Assembly (NCBI GenBank): GCA_964411925.1
Contig: CAYPNI010000002.1
Span: forward strand, 1,653-65,652
From: an uncultured Nitrospirales bacterium
GTDB taxonomy: Bacteria; Hydrogenedentota; Hydrogenedentia; Hydrogenedentales; GCA-2746185
Direction of reading: 5' to 3'
DNA length: 64,000 bases
Shown here piece after piece: positions 21,817 through 31,932 of the stretch. The position numbers and the translations under genes are program-made. Position 1 is the first letter of the stretch; the number at the start of each line of letters is the position of its first letter. The notes beneath the pieces were generated by a model. The model was not told where the DNA came from. It searched no databases and worked only from the letters and a program-made list of their open reading frames with translations.

Positions 21817-21998
21817 GGCGCCCCTTTCCTTCCGCGCGGGCCGGCTGGAAACGATCGCGGCCCGCCCCCCGTTAACCCGTCCGGTTCGAATTCACCGACA
21901 AAATCGCGATCGGAAGCGTGAATTTGTCCAGTGATTGTATCGCGGGGTTCTTCGGGGTGTCAACGGGCCGGCGGACCGGTGGCCGGAACCGACGGGGG

Positions 21999-22511
21999 CT
22001 ACGCGTCAGCGGGTGGTGGCGAGAAACTCCGGCTCGCGAGTTCGTTGTCCAGCAAAAACAGCGCGCTCGTGTTGTCGCCGATGAGTTTGAGTTTCTGGAC
22101 AATGTCGTCCGCGGAGGCCTCTTCCTCGACCTGTTCGTTGACGAACCATTGCAGCATTGTGTTCGTCGAGTGGTCGCCTTCCTTGAGCACGAGCGTCACA
22201 CACTCTCCGATTTTTTCGGAGATGAAGCATTCGTGCTTGTATGCGTCCTTCATCGCGTCCAAGGGTGACTTCCATTCCTGCTTGGGCTCGGCCGCGGCGG
22301 CGAAGAATGGACGTGCGCCTCGGTTGATGATGTAGGTGTAGATTCGGTGGACGTGCGTCAACTCCTCCTGAGCCTGTATACGCATCCAGTTCGCAAATCC
22401 CTTGAGGTTCACTGAATCGAAATGAGCGGCCATGGCGTAATACACGTAGGCTGACGCGAGTTCGTGGTTAAACTGTTCGTTTAGTTTTTCGAGCACATTT
22501 TTCTTGAGCAT
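21999..22511 (-). CDS. ftn: Non-heme bacterial ferritin
   Basis: MLKKNVLEKLNEQFNHELASAYVYYAMAAHF...QAQEELTHVHRIYTYIINRG...HECFISEKIGECV...WFVNEQVEEEA, the ferroxidase-centre pattern. GGAGGG SD 9 nt upstream. Noticeably lower GC than its neighbours. Confidence 0.85.
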   Translation of the reverse strand: MLKKNVLEKLNEQFNHELASAYVYYAMAAHFDSVNLKGFANWMRIQAQEELTHVHRIYTYIINRGARPFFAAAAEPKQEWKSPLDAMKDAYKHECFISEKIGECVTLVLKEGDHSTNTMLQWFVNEQVEEEASADDIVQKLKLIGDNTSALFLLDNELASRSFSPPPADA

Positions 22512-22543
22512 AGGGTCGATCCCTCCGCGGTTCGTCGGAGCGT

Positions 22544-23053
22544 TCAGGTGGCCGATTTCGCCGCGGCCAGAACGGCGTCGTAATTCGGATGCTCGGCAAT
22601 CTCGGGGACGTACTCGGCGTACTTGATGCGATCGTCCTTGCCGATCACGAAAACCGCGCGGCTGAGGATCCGCAGGCCGGGCACGAGTGTGCCGTAGTTC
22701 TTGCCGAATTCGGTGTGGCGGTGATCGCTCAATACGACGAGCTTTTCCTTGTCGATGCCTTCGGCGCCGCAAAAGCGCGCCTGGGCCATCGGGAGATCGG
22801 CGCTGATGGTGATGAAGGCTGCGTTTGGCAGTTTGACGGCTTCGTCGTTGAAGCGCTTCGTCTGCGCGGCGCACACCGGCGTGTCCAGCGACGGCACCAC
22901 GCTCACGATACGCGTTTTCCCCTTGAAATCGCTCAGTTTTATCTCGTTCACCAGGTCCTTGCTCACGGTCGCGTCAGGCGCCTTATCACCGGTCTTCAGT
23001 TCTGGTCCTTCAAGGGGAAGCGGTTTGCCGCGTAGCGTGGTCATTCGGGACAT
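22544..23053 (-). CDS. tpx: Thiol peroxidase (atypical 2-Cys peroxiredoxin Tpx)
   Basis: SVVPSLDTPVCAAQTKRFNDEA...ISADLPMAQARFCGAEG...RAVFVIGKDD aligns closely with E. coli Tpx, including the peroxidatic and resolving Cys. Confidence 0.9.
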   Translation of the reverse strand: MSRMTTLRGKPLPLEGPELKTGDKAPDATVSKDLVNEIKLSDFKGKTRIVSVVPSLDTPVCAAQTKRFNDEAVKLPNAAFITISADLPMAQARFCGAEGIDKEKLVVLSDHRHTEFGKNYGTLVPGLRILSRAVFVIGKDDRIKYAEYVPEIAEHPNYDAVLAAAKSAT

Positions 23054-23252
23054 GGGTCGATAACCTCGTTGGGGTAGTCCGTTGCCGTTGGGAACATCGA
23101 TCGGATGAGCGACGCGCCATACTAGAGAACGACGCGGTGCGGGTCAAACGTTCGCCCGAGCGGCGGCGACGCCGTCACGCGTGCTCGATGCCCGTCCTGA
23201 AGGCGAGTACAATGCGGATGGCCGAGTTCGCTGGACACCTCCCACGACACGC

Positions 23253-23687
23253 ATGGAATCCCCCATCGAAGAGTCGCCTCAAGAGAACGCAGCGAGGCGG
23301 TTTCGCGTCCTGCTGCGTCTGAGCGCGCTCGCGACGGTCGTTCTGGCGGCGGCCGCGTATCTGGCGATCGACGAGGCTGCTGCCGCCGGCGTGCTACTCG
23401 GAGGCATCGCGAGCATCGTTGGATTTCGATTGTTGTCGGTCCGCATGCGGCAGCTCGCGACGACCGCGCCGGACAAACTGCGTACGTGGATGGTCGTGGG
23501 CGCCTACATGCGCCTGATCGTCTACGGACTTTTTCTTTTCGCGGGCTATTGGCTGGATCGTGAGACATTGCATGGGTTTTTCGGCGCGTTGGCCGGCCTG
23601 ATGGCGGCGCGGTTTGTATCGATTTACGGTTCGCTCGTCGGCGCATTGCGGCAACGGCGCACGCGCGGACGCGACGCGGGGACATGA
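23253..23687 (+). CDS. Small hypothetical membrane protein (4 predicted TM helices)
   Basis: MESPIEESPQENAARRFRVLLRLSALATVVLAAAAYL...; hydrophobic helices; no motif recognised. Confidence 0.4.
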   Translation: MESPIEESPQENAARRFRVLLRLSALATVVLAAAAYLAIDEAAAAGVLLGGIASIVGFRLLSVRMRQLATTAPDKLRTWMVVGAYMRLIVYGLFLFAGYWLDRETLHGFFGALAGLMAARFVSIYGSLVGALRQRRTRGRDAGT

Positions 23688-23692
23688 CGCGG

Positions 23693-24469
23693 CTAGGATC
23701 TCTGGGACGTTTCCGCGCGCGACGCGACCCGCGACAGGGGAAGGATTCTGCCCGTCCGAATCTCCCACCACACGTGTGCGGCGTCTCGCGCGCCGCGCCA
23801 GTATCGCTCCATGCCAAACTTGGAGACGCCGTGTTTGCGCGGGTGATGAGTGACTTCGATTTCGCCGACGCGAAACCCCTGCGCCGCAGCAACAACGGGA
23901 ATGAGGCGGTGGTAGTCGTGTTTGAGGATCGCCGCGCGGGCCACTTCGCTGCGCATCGCTTTGAATCCGCAGTTGGCATCGTGCAGACGAAGGCCAAACA
24001 GGAGCGATACTGCGCCGTTGAACACGCGCGAGGCGGCGCGCTTGCTCCATGGGTCGTGGCGGCGGCGTTTCCAGCCGCAGACGAGGTCCAGTCCGCCCGC
24101 GAGGGCTTCGAGGAACCGCGGGATCTCGTCCGGCTGGTCCTGGAGATCGCCGTCCATCGTAATGACCACGTTGCCCGTGACCCGCGCGAATCCTGCTGCG
24201 AGCGCCCTCGTTTTGCCTTGGTTGTTGGGAAAATGGACCACGGTGACGTCGCCGCGCCGGGCCGCGATCGCGTCGCAGATTGCGCCTGAGCCGTCGGTAC
24301 TGCCGTCGTCCACGAGGACAATCCCGCCGCTCCGTGGGGGCAATTGAGCCGCAATCGCGTCAACCAACGGCCCGATGGTTTCGTTTTCGTTGTAGACCGG
24401 GACTACGACGGTCAGGTTCCAGTCCGGTGGATGGGGTCGGCCGCTGCCGGCCGGATTCGCTACAGGCAT
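23693..24469 (-). CDS. Family 2 glycosyltransferase (polyprenyl-phosphate sugar synthase / DPM1-like)
   Basis: LTVVVPVYNENETIGPLV...LVDDGSTDGSGAI...ITMDGDLQDQPDEIPRFL, with GT2 DXD and QxxRW-region motifs. Confidence 0.8.
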   Translation of the reverse strand: MPVANPAGSGRPHPPDWNLTVVVPVYNENETIGPLVDAIAAQLPPRSGGIVLVDDGSTDGSGAICDAIAARRGDVTVVHFPNNQGKTRALAAGFARVTGNVVITMDGDLQDQPDEIPRFLEALAGGLDLVCGWKRRRHDPWSKRAASRVFNGAVSLLFGLRLHDANCGFKAMRSEVARAAILKHDYHRLIPVVAAAQGFRVGEIEVTHHPRKHGVSKFGMERYWRGARDAAHVWWEIRTGRILPLSRVASRAETSQRS

Positions 24470-24559
24470 GTTGATCCAGCAGTTGTTCGTAAGAGCGAAT
24501 GTGGATAGCATAGTCGACTGGGTTGATAGACGCGAATTCAATGATGGATAGGAGTTGCG

Positions 24560-25369
24560 ATGCGATTTCGTTTTGAAGTACCGAGCTTGATTCTGACGAT
24601 GGCACTCGTGGTCGTTTCGTGCGGCAGCCGGGAGCCGACGTTGTTACAAATGAAGTTTGAACCGTCGAAATCCTACCGCCTGTCGGTTCGCAAGGAATCG
24701 ACCGTGACCGACGCTTCGAAGGACGGATCCGGCCCATCGATGAAACCGTCGAGCAGTTTCGTCTATATCGTTCGCGCGGAGCGCATCTACGAGAATGGAG
24801 ACACGGGCCTGTCAATCACTACGGAGAAGGCCGAGTCGTCCGTGGTACCGGCCTTCTCGGCGGCGCTGCAAGGACAGACCTTCGGTGCGCGGGTATCCCC
24901 GAGCGGCAGGTTTCTCGAATTCAGCGGGACAGACGCCCTCAGAGAACACGTAAAGAGATCGATCTCGGACAAGGAAATCGATCGGCTGCTGTCGAGCGTG
25001 AGCGATGAGGCGCTCGCCCAAACGTTCAATTCGATATTCGACGTGTGGCCCTCGGTACCCGTGGCGCCTCGCGACACCTGGAGCCGGGATTCCATCTTCA
25101 ATCCGGGGGCGAACGCGTATCAATTCACGGAATTTCGGTTGGCGGCGATCGACGCGACCGGTGCCCGAATCAAATTTACGTCGAAGTTTCACGCGGAAAA
25201 CAGCGCGGACTCGCCGACGGTGGGCGAGGCCCGCGGCGAGCTGCAGTTGTCGACGGCCGACGGCGTCCTTCGCTCGCTCCGTGAAGAGAGCGATTTCACC
25301 ATGAAGCTGACTGACGAATTGACCCTGAGGACCAAGACCACCACTTACGTGACGTTCGTGCCGCTATAG
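24560..25369 (+). CDS. Hypothetical lipoprotein
   Basis: Signal peptide plus lipobox LVVVSCGS. No recognisable domain. Confidence 0.5.
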   Translation: MRFRFEVPSLILTMALVVVSCGSREPTLLQMKFEPSKSYRLSVRKESTVTDASKDGSGPSMKPSSSFVYIVRAERIYENGDTGLSITTEKAESSVVPAFSAALQGQTFGARVSPSGRFLEFSGTDALREHVKRSISDKEIDRLLSSVSDEALAQTFNSIFDVWPSVPVAPRDTWSRDSIFNPGANAYQFTEFRLAAIDATGARIKFTSKFHAENSADSPTVGEARGELQLSTADGVLRSLREESDFTMKLTDELTLRTKTTTYVTFVPL

Positions 25370-26355
25370 GCGCGAAGCGCGGAGAGCGCGGCCTGCATGT
25401 CGGGGGGAAGCGCGGCGGTAAAGCGAACGAGCCGGCCGGTCGCGGGATGCTCGAATCCCAGTAGCCGCGCGTGAAGCGCCTGCCCTTGAAGCTGTTGGGC
25501 AGCCGCGCGTACCGCTGGCGGTACGTCCCACGCGCGGAAGTCCGTCACGCCGTAGAGGGGATCGCCCAGCACGGGCCGGCCGACGAAGCGCAGGTGGACG
25601 CGGATCTGGTGGGTGCGGCCGGTTTCCAGCTTCAGCGCGACAAGACTGGCCGCGCCGAAGCGTTCGAGAACCGAGTAGCGGGTAACGGCGTCGCGCGCCT
25701 CGGGGGCGTTGATTCCCATTCGTTTGCGGTCGCCCGTGCTTCGGCCGATCGCCGCGCGTATGACCCCGGCGTCCTCCGCGAATTCTCCCTGCACGAGCGC
25801 GACGTATTCCCGCTCGAAGCGGTGCTCGCGCGCCTGGCGCGAGAGTGAGTCGAACGCACGGCGGGATTTCGCGACGACCATGACGCCGGAGGTGTCGCGG
25901 TCGAGCCGATGGACGATGCCGGGGCGAATCCACGCGCCTTCCTCGCCGGCGTTCGTTGGGCGCTCGAAATCCTTGCAATGAAACAGGACCGCGTTGACGA
26001 GCGTGCCGGAGGGATGTCCCGGGGCGGGATGGACGACGAGTCCGGCGGGTTTGTTGACGACGAGAACGTCTGCATCTTCGAAGACGATTTCGAGTGGAAT
26101 GTCTTCGGGTTCGAGCGAAATTGTGGGCAACGCGGGGAGCTCGAACTGTACGGTTTCCGCGGCGCGCAGGCGCTGGCCTGGGCGCTTGGCGGCACGGCCG
26201 TTGACTTGCGCGGCGCCGGACTTGATCGCGATCTGGATCGCGTTCCGCGAAAAATCGCCGAGGCGTCCGGCGAGGAATATGTCGAGGCGGAGATCCGCCT
26301 CTTCGGGCTCGACGACGAGTTCGACGGATTCGGGTGTGTGGGGATCGGCGGCCAT
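25345..26355 (-). CDS. rluD: RluA/RluD-family 23S rRNA pseudouridine synthase
   Basis: S4-like N-terminus (RLDIFLAGRL...), HRLDRDTSGVMVVAK catalytic Asp motif, and GRTHQIRVHL. Confidence 0.85.
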   Translation of the reverse strand: MAADPHTPESVELVVEPEEADLRLDIFLAGRLGDFSRNAIQIAIKSGAAQVNGRAAKRPGQRLRAAETVQFELPALPTISLEPEDIPLEIVFEDADVLVVNKPAGLVVHPAPGHPSGTLVNAVLFHCKDFERPTNAGEEGAWIRPGIVHRLDRDTSGVMVVAKSRRAFDSLSRQAREHRFEREYVALVQGEFAEDAGVIRAAIGRSTGDRKRMGINAPEARDAVTRYSVLERFGAASLVALKLETGRTHQIRVHLRFVGRPVLGDPLYGVTDFRAWDVPPAVRAAAQQLQGQALHARLLGFEHPATGRLVRFTAALPPDMQAALSALRAYSGTNVT

Positions 26356-26430
26356 TGAAAGTAAATCGGGCAGGACCTGTTCAAGATCCTGCCCGAGAAT
26401 CGGATTCTCAGTAAATACCGACGCGGTGAA

Positions 26431-26619
26431 TCAGGGTTCGAGCGCGGAGACCTGGCGGGCGACGGCCTTGGCGAGTTTGCGCCGGCGGCGTTCGCTCGGT
26501 TTCTCGTAGTACTTGATTTCCTTGAGGCGCTGCATCAGGCCTTCCTTGTTGCACTTTTTCTTGAAACGGCGCAGCGCCTTCTCGAACGGTTCGTCCGGTC
26601 TAACTCGGACTTTCGTCAC
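26431..26619 (-). CDS. rpsU: 30S ribosomal protein S21
   Basis: MTKVRVRPDEPFEKALRRFKKKCNKEGLMQRLKEIKYYEKPSERRRRK is the S21 signature. Confidence 0.85.
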   Translation of the reverse strand: MTKVRVRPDEPFEKALRRFKKKCNKEGLMQRLKEIKYYEKPSERRRRKLAKAVARQVSALEP

Positions 26620-26802
26620 GCGGAACCAACCTCCCTTCGGATCTGAGATTTCGAGCCGGTTGGGCCGAAGCCGATGGCTCGTGGTCCGCCCGGCGCACAG
26701 CCGAGGGACAGTGCATAAGTATAACAGCGGAAAGGCGCGGGAACAAGACTGAAGGGGTTGGGACTGGGGGGAAGCAAGGGAAGTATGCGGGGGATCGGGA
26801 GG

Positions 26803-27855
26803 TCATGGGGCGGTTGGCTCCGCCAGGCGGGATTCGGCGAGGCGGTCTGCCGCGGCGGCGGTGGAAATGCGCTGTTCGCGGGCGATGCGGAAGACGTGGG
26901 TGAGCGTGGGGCCGATGCCTTCGGTGCGGGTACGGGCGGCGTCGGGGGAATAGCCTTCGGGGGTGAATTCGCAGGCGATGTTGATGATGCCGCCGGCGTT
27001 GATGACGTAGTCGGGGGCGTACAGGATGCCGCGGTGTTGCAGCCGGTCGGCGTCGGCGGGTTCGGCGAGTTGGTTGTTGGCGGCGCCGGCGACGATGCGG
27101 CATTGGAGGCGCGGGATCGTGTCGGCATTGAGAATGCCTCCGCGCGCGCAAGGAGAGACGATGTCGCTGGGATGCGCGAGCGTTGCATCGGGACCCTCAA
27201 GGAACTCGGCGGCGTGTGCGTGGGCGAACTTGCGCGCGCGTCCGGCGTCCAGGTCGCACACGGCGACGCGCATACCGGCTTCGACGCATAGCTCGGCGAG
27301 GCGTCCGCCGACGGCGCCGACGCCCTGGATTGCGACGCTCCGCTCAGCGAGATCGGGCGAGCCGAAGACTTTCTGGCAACAGGCGCGGATGCCGACGAGG
27401 CAGCCGTAGGCCGTCATAGGCGAGGGGTTGCCGCTCGAGCCGCGCTCGACGGACAGGCCGGAAACCCAGCGCGTCTCGCGCGCGACGGTCTCGAGATTCG
27501 CGACGGTGATGTTCATGTCTTCGGCGGCGATGTACGCCCCGCCGAGGGCTTCGATGGCGCGGCCGAGCGCCAGGAACATCGCCTCGGATTTATGCTTCGG
27601 GTCGCCGATGATGACGGCCTTGCCGCCGCCCTGGCCCGTCCGCGCGACGGCGGCTTTGTACGTCATCGCGCGGGCGAGGGCGTTCGCATCGGCCAGCGCG
27701 TCGGCCTCGGAGGCGTAGGGCCACATGCGCATGCCGCCGAGCGAGGGGCCGAGGCGCGTGCTGTGAATCGAGATGAATGCGTTGAGGCCGGAGGCGTCGT
27801 CGGTGATGTGGACGACGCGTTCGTAGCCGGGGGTGGGGATGTCGGTGATGCGCAT
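26803..27855 (-). CDS. Glu/Leu/Phe/Val dehydrogenase family enzyme (leucine/phenylalanine dehydrogenase-like)
   Basis: GGGK catalytic Lys box (GQGGGKAVIIGDP), Rossmann GVGAVGGRLAELCVEAG, ~350 aa. Confidence 0.75.
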   Translation of the reverse strand: MRITDIPTPGYERVVHITDDASGLNAFISIHSTRLGPSLGGMRMWPYASEADALADANALARAMTYKAAVARTGQGGGKAVIIGDPKHKSEAMFLALGRAIEALGGAYIAAEDMNITVANLETVARETRWVSGLSVERGSSGNPSPMTAYGCLVGIRACCQKVFGSPDLAERSVAIQGVGAVGGRLAELCVEAGMRVAVCDLDAGRARKFAHAHAAEFLEGPDATLAHPSDIVSPCARGGILNADTIPRLQCRIVAGAANNQLAEPADADRLQHRGILYAPDYVINAGGIINIACEFTPEGYSPDAARTRTEGIGPTLTHVFRIAREQRISTAAAADRLAESRLAEPTAP

Positions 27856-28457
27856 TTCGGATACCGTAGCGAATTTGGATCACGCGGAGGAAATGAGACG
27901 CGGAGAACGACACGGTCAAGGTCAAGAGCGGTTTTAACCACAGATGGATTTTGATAAATACAGATGAAGACGGCGCGGACCCGAGCTCTCGCCGAGGGTG
28001 CGATGATCGGCATGAGTTGGGGTCGGCGAATCGAGGCAAGGCGCGCGCTGGGGGGAATCAAAGTGACGCGATGAGGTCGAGGATCAGGAATAGAAGGCCG
28101 ATCGCGGTCGGTATCGCCAGGCAGCCGTAGGCAATGAACGGCCCACCGAGACGGTCAACGTAATCGGCCCACTGGTCTCTCCAACGAGGTCTTAGAAGAG
28201 GGTCGGGAACTTACCACTCATCGTTTTCTGGTTCTTCGAGACTCATTGTGATCCATTCTACCCATGGTCCAGCAGGAACATTTTCGATAGTCCAAAAGAC
28301 AGGCAAACGCGCGGATGTGCACCCAGCAAGCATCCGACCAGGATGTGTGGCACTCGCGGATTGACGAACGGCGGGTCGCTTGGGCAGGCTGGCGAGTTTA
28401 GAAGGCGGCCCGACGGGGGTTGGCGTCGGGACCGGATTGAACGCGGAGCGAGAGAGT

Positions 28458-29321
28458 ATGAATCCAGCCGCTGGACGGTTCCGCTCACCTTGTGGTTCGG
28501 GCGCCGAGCTTGCCTACTACGACTGGCGCGGGCCGGAGGGCGCAGCGGCGATCTTTTGCGTACACGGTTTGTCGCGCAACAAGAAGGACTTTCGCTCGCT
28601 GGCGGCGGCAGTGGCGGGAGAGTTTCGCGTGGTGTGTCCGGATGTCGTTGGCCGGGGCGAGAGCGAGTGGCTCGGGGATAAGCGCGGTTACACGTACCCG
28701 AATTATGCCGCGGACTTGATCGGACTGATCGAACACCTCGGGATCGGGCCGGTGGCGTGGGTCGGGACCTCGATGGGCGGGATCCTGGGGATGATGGTGG
28801 CGTCGGCGCGACCGGATCTCGTGCAGCGGCTGGTGCTGAACGACGTCGGCGCAGACGTCGATTCCGCGGGCGTCAAACGGATTCTGGGATACGTCGGCAA
28901 ACGGCACCGGTTTGACTCGAAGCAGGACGCGATGGCGTACATCCGCGAGATCCTTGCGCCATTCGGCGTGACGAGCGAGGACGAGTGGGAGGCGCTCTAC
29001 GACGCGACGTTCGTCGAGAAGAACGGCGGGGTCGAGTTCGCCTACGATCCGGCGATCGTTTCCCCCGCGCCGGGCGCCGTACCCGCGCCGCTCAACTACT
29101 GGGACGAATGGAGCCGCATCGCGTGCCCGGTGTTAATCTTGCGCGGCGCGGACTCGGATCTACTTTCGCGTGCGACGGTGCTGCGCATGTGCGAGCGAAA
29201 GGGGACGCGCTCAGTCGAAATCGCGGGTTGCGGGCATGCGCCGGCGCTGTTGAAGGCGGCACAGATTGGTTTGGTAGTGCAGTATTTGCGCGAAGCGTGT
29301 ACGGACGGATGGGACGTATGA
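28458..29321 (+). CDS. Alpha/beta-hydrolase fold protein
   Basis: HGLSRN..., nucleophile elbow GTSMGG, C-terminal GCGHAP catalytic His region. GAGAG SD ahead of the ATG at 28458. Confidence 0.75.
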   Translation: MNPAAGRFRSPCGSGAELAYYDWRGPEGAAAIFCVHGLSRNKKDFRSLAAAVAGEFRVVCPDVVGRGESEWLGDKRGYTYPNYAADLIGLIEHLGIGPVAWVGTSMGGILGMMVASARPDLVQRLVLNDVGADVDSAGVKRILGYVGKRHRFDSKQDAMAYIREILAPFGVTSEDEWEALYDATFVEKNGGVEFAYDPAIVSPAPGAVPAPLNYWDEWSRIACPVLILRGADSDLLSRATVLRMCERKGTRSVEIAGCGHAPALLKAAQIGLVVQYLREACTDGWDV

Positions 29322-29352
29322 GTTGCATGGGAATCATGCGAAGGAGACTCCG

Positions 29353-31296
29353 GTGAGATTTTGTGCGCGGCTTGCAATGGTGGGGATATCGGTGGGTGTT
29401 TGGACGACGGGCGCGTACGCGCAGCAGGGCGCGGAGGACGGGCAGTGGCGGCATTATGCCGGCGACCGCGGGAGCACGAAGTATTCGGGGCTGGGCCAGA
29501 TCAATCGGGCTAACGTGGGGACGCTGACGGAGGCGTGGCGGTGGGCGTCGGTCGAGACGGACACGGGGCAGCGGGGAATCGGGGGGTTCAAGGCGACGCC
29601 GCTGTATGTGAACGGTGTGCTGTATACGAGCACGTCGGTGGCGCAGGTGGCGGCGATCGACCCGGCGACGGGGAAGACGCTTTGGGTGTATGACCCGGAG
29701 GCGTACAAGATCGGGCGTCCGGCGAACTCAGGGTTTCAACACCGTGGCGTGGACTACTGGACGGACGGAACGATCGAGAGGCTGCTGATCGCGACGGGCG
29801 GGCGCCAATTGATCTCGATCGACGCGAAGACGGGCAAGCCGGATCCGAAATTCGGAACGAACGGGATCGTCGATCTGTCGCAAGGGCTGGGCAAGGAATT
29901 CAATGCGCGGTTTCTGGGGTACAACGCGCCGCCGGTGGTTTGCCGGGACATGATCGTGATGGGGTCAATCATCACGGACGGAGGATCGACGAAGTCGATG
30001 CCGCCGGGGCACATCCGGGGATTCGACGTGCGCACGGGCGAGCAGAAATGGATGTTTCACACGATTCCGCAGGCGGGCGAATTCGGCAATGACACGTGGC
30101 TGAACGATTCGTGGACGTATTCGGGGAACACGAACGCGTGGTCGATGATGAGCGTGGACGAAGACCTGGGGTACGTATACGCGCCGATCGGGACGCCGAC
30201 GAGCGACTGGTATGGCGCGCTGCGGCCGGGCGCGAACCTGTTCGCGGAAAGCCTCGTGTGCCTCAACGCGGCGACGGGCGAGCGCGTGTGGCATTTCCAG
30301 GTGGTGCATCACGGGATGTGGGACTACGACCTGCCGGCGGCGCCGATTCTGTGTGACCTCAACGTGGGCGGCAGGCCGATCAAGGCGGTCGCGCAGGTGA
30401 CGAAGCACGGGTTTACGTTTGTCTTCAATCGCGAAACGGGTGAGCCGGTGTGGCCGATAGAGGAGAGGCCGGTGCCGCAGAACGGCGCGCCGGGTGAGTG
30501 GGTCTCGCCGACGCAGCCGTTCCCGACGAAACCGCCGGCGTTTGAACGGCAGGGCGTGACGGAGGACGACCTGATCGACTTCACGCCGGAGCTGCGCGCG
30601 GAGGCGATCAACATTTTGAAGCAGTACACGGCGGGTCCGCTGTTCTCGCCGCCGAGCGTGATCACGGAGACCAACAAGGGGACCGCGACGCTGCCGAGCC
30701 CCGCGGGCGGGGCGAACTGGGGCGGCGCGTGCCTGGATCCGGAGACGAACTGGCTGTATGTGCCGTCGATGACGTGGCTGGTGAGCATCGGGCTATTGAA
30801 GAACGACGCGAACCGGTCGGAATTCGAGTACGGAATCAATGCGGCGGATTTCATGATCCTAAGTCCGCAGGGGCTCCCGATTGTGAAGCCGCCGTATGGG
30901 CGGATCACGGCGATCGACCTCAACAAGGGGGAGATCGCGTGGCAGGTGGCGCACGGGGACGGGCCGAGGGATCATCCCGCGCTGCAACACCTCGACCTGC
31001 CGCCGCTGGGCTCGGCGACGAATGGTTTCTTGTCGAACGGGGGCGGCGTGCTGACGAAGGAATTGCTGTTCATGATTCAGCCGGACCCGAGTCCAAGTTC
31101 GGTGATGCAGACGGGGACGGACGGCGTGATTCGCGCGTTCGACAAGACGACGGGCGAGGAATTGTGGGAGCAGAAGCTGGGCGCGGTTCCGCATGGGACG
31201 CCGATGACGTACATGCACGAGGGAAAGCAGTATCTCGTGTTGGCGGTGGGCGGACAGACGGAGCCAGCGAGCCTGGTGGCGTTTCGGTTGCCGTGA
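29353..31296 (+). CDS. Soluble PQQ-dependent (quinoprotein) sugar/alcohol dehydrogenase with signal peptide
   Basis: Signal peptide MVGISVGVWTTGAYAQQ. HHGMWDYDL motif and repeated beta-propeller W-motifs typical of the PQQ glucose-dehydrogenase family. AAGGAG SD 6 nt before the GTG at 29353. Confidence 0.8.
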   Translation: MRFCARLAMVGISVGVWTTGAYAQQGAEDGQWRHYAGDRGSTKYSGLGQINRANVGTLTEAWRWASVETDTGQRGIGGFKATPLYVNGVLYTSTSVAQVAAIDPATGKTLWVYDPEAYKIGRPANSGFQHRGVDYWTDGTIERLLIATGGRQLISIDAKTGKPDPKFGTNGIVDLSQGLGKEFNARFLGYNAPPVVCRDMIVMGSIITDGGSTKSMPPGHIRGFDVRTGEQKWMFHTIPQAGEFGNDTWLNDSWTYSGNTNAWSMMSVDEDLGYVYAPIGTPTSDWYGALRPGANLFAESLVCLNAATGERVWHFQVVHHGMWDYDLPAAPILCDLNVGGRPIKAVAQVTKHGFTFVFNRETGEPVWPIEERPVPQNGAPGEWVSPTQPFPTKPPAFERQGVTEDDLIDFTPELRAEAINILKQYTAGPLFSPPSVITETNKGTATLPSPAGGANWGGACLDPETNWLYVPSMTWLVSIGLLKNDANRSEFEYGINAADFMILSPQGLPIVKPPYGRITAIDLNKGEIAWQVAHGDGPRDHPALQHLDLPPLGSATNGFLSNGGGVLTKELLFMIQPDPSPSSVMQTGTDGVIRAFDKTTGEELWEQKLGAVPHGTPMTYMHEGKQYLVLAVGGQTEPASLVAFRLP

Positions 31297-31317
31297 GAAT
31301 TATTCGCGAAGTCGAAC

Positions 31318-31345
31318 AGGCCTAAGCTGAACTGCGCTTAGGCCT
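31318..31345 (+). terminator. 10-bp perfect stem-loop (aggcctaagc / gcttaggcct) downstream of the PQQ-dehydrogenase gene; no U-tract
   Basis: Inverted repeat read from the sequence. Followed by an A-run rather than a T-run, so it is a non-canonical terminator candidate. Confidence 0.3.
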
Positions 31346-31492
31346 GCCACACGAACGAGAAAAAAATACCGCAGCACGGGAGGGGGTCTCGTGCTGCGGC
31401 GGACGAGCGGGGGGCCGCTCGTGTGCAATATACCGGGGGCCAAGGGGGTTGACCGCCGGCAACGTAAGAACGGGTTCAACTGCGCCGGGGCG

Positions 31493-31909
31493 CTACTCTG
31501 CCGGCAACACGCGATCGACGATTCGGCGAATCCGGCCGGTGTCGGGTTCTTTGCGAACGACGACGACGAACGGGTACCGCGCGATCACATCGGGTGGATG
31601 GAGCGGGGCCTCGCCCAACTTATCGTTGAGCGCTTTGAGCAGCCCGCCCAGGCTCGAGACGATCTTGAAAGTGCCTTCGTCTTCCACCCGCAGTAGCTCG
31701 ACGTGGACGCCGTCTCCGGTGAGTCTCACGCCTTCATCCACTTGAGCAAAGCCCATGCCTGAAAGATCGACTCGGGTGGCGGAATCGAACGTAATCCCGT
31801 TGTTTTCAAGGGCTTTCGTGAGATCTTCGACGGTTTCGATGGGGGGTGGGGCGGCGCAGGCGATGGTCAATCCGAGCCCGAGAAGGGCAACGTGTCGCAG
31901 TAGTGACAT
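31493..31909 (-). CDS. Small hypothetical lipoprotein (138 aa)
   Basis: MSLLRHVALLGLGLTIACAAPPP... signal peptide with lipobox. It sits 23 nt downstream of the MFS gene in the same orientation. It is not listed separately in the ORF track because it lies in the tail of the spurious 637-aa frame. Confidence 0.55.
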   Translation of the reverse strand: MSLLRHVALLGLGLTIACAAPPPIETVEDLTKALENNGITFDSATRVDLSGMGFAQVDEGVRLTGDGVHVELLRVEDEGTFKIVSSLGGLLKALNDKLGEAPLHPPDVIARYPFVVVVRKEPDTGRIRRIVDRVLPAE

Positions 31910-31932
31910 AGCTTGTCCATGGTAGCACACGT

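Noticed and set aside
23122-24363. 413-aa minus-strand ORF covering 23122-24363
   Set aside because: Ser/Arg/Ala/Thr-rich shadow frame. The GT2 glycosyltransferase frame on the same strand carries the real DXD/GT-A motifs.
27856-28457. Possible small membrane ORF or tRNA in the 600-bp gap between the amino-acid dehydrogenase and the alpha/beta hydrolase
   Set aside because: A hydrophobic minus-strand frame (…FIAYGCLAIPTAIGLLFLILDLIASL) has no ATG/GTG/TTG start after its upstream stop. No cloverleaf or T-loop (GGTTCGAATCC) sequence found.
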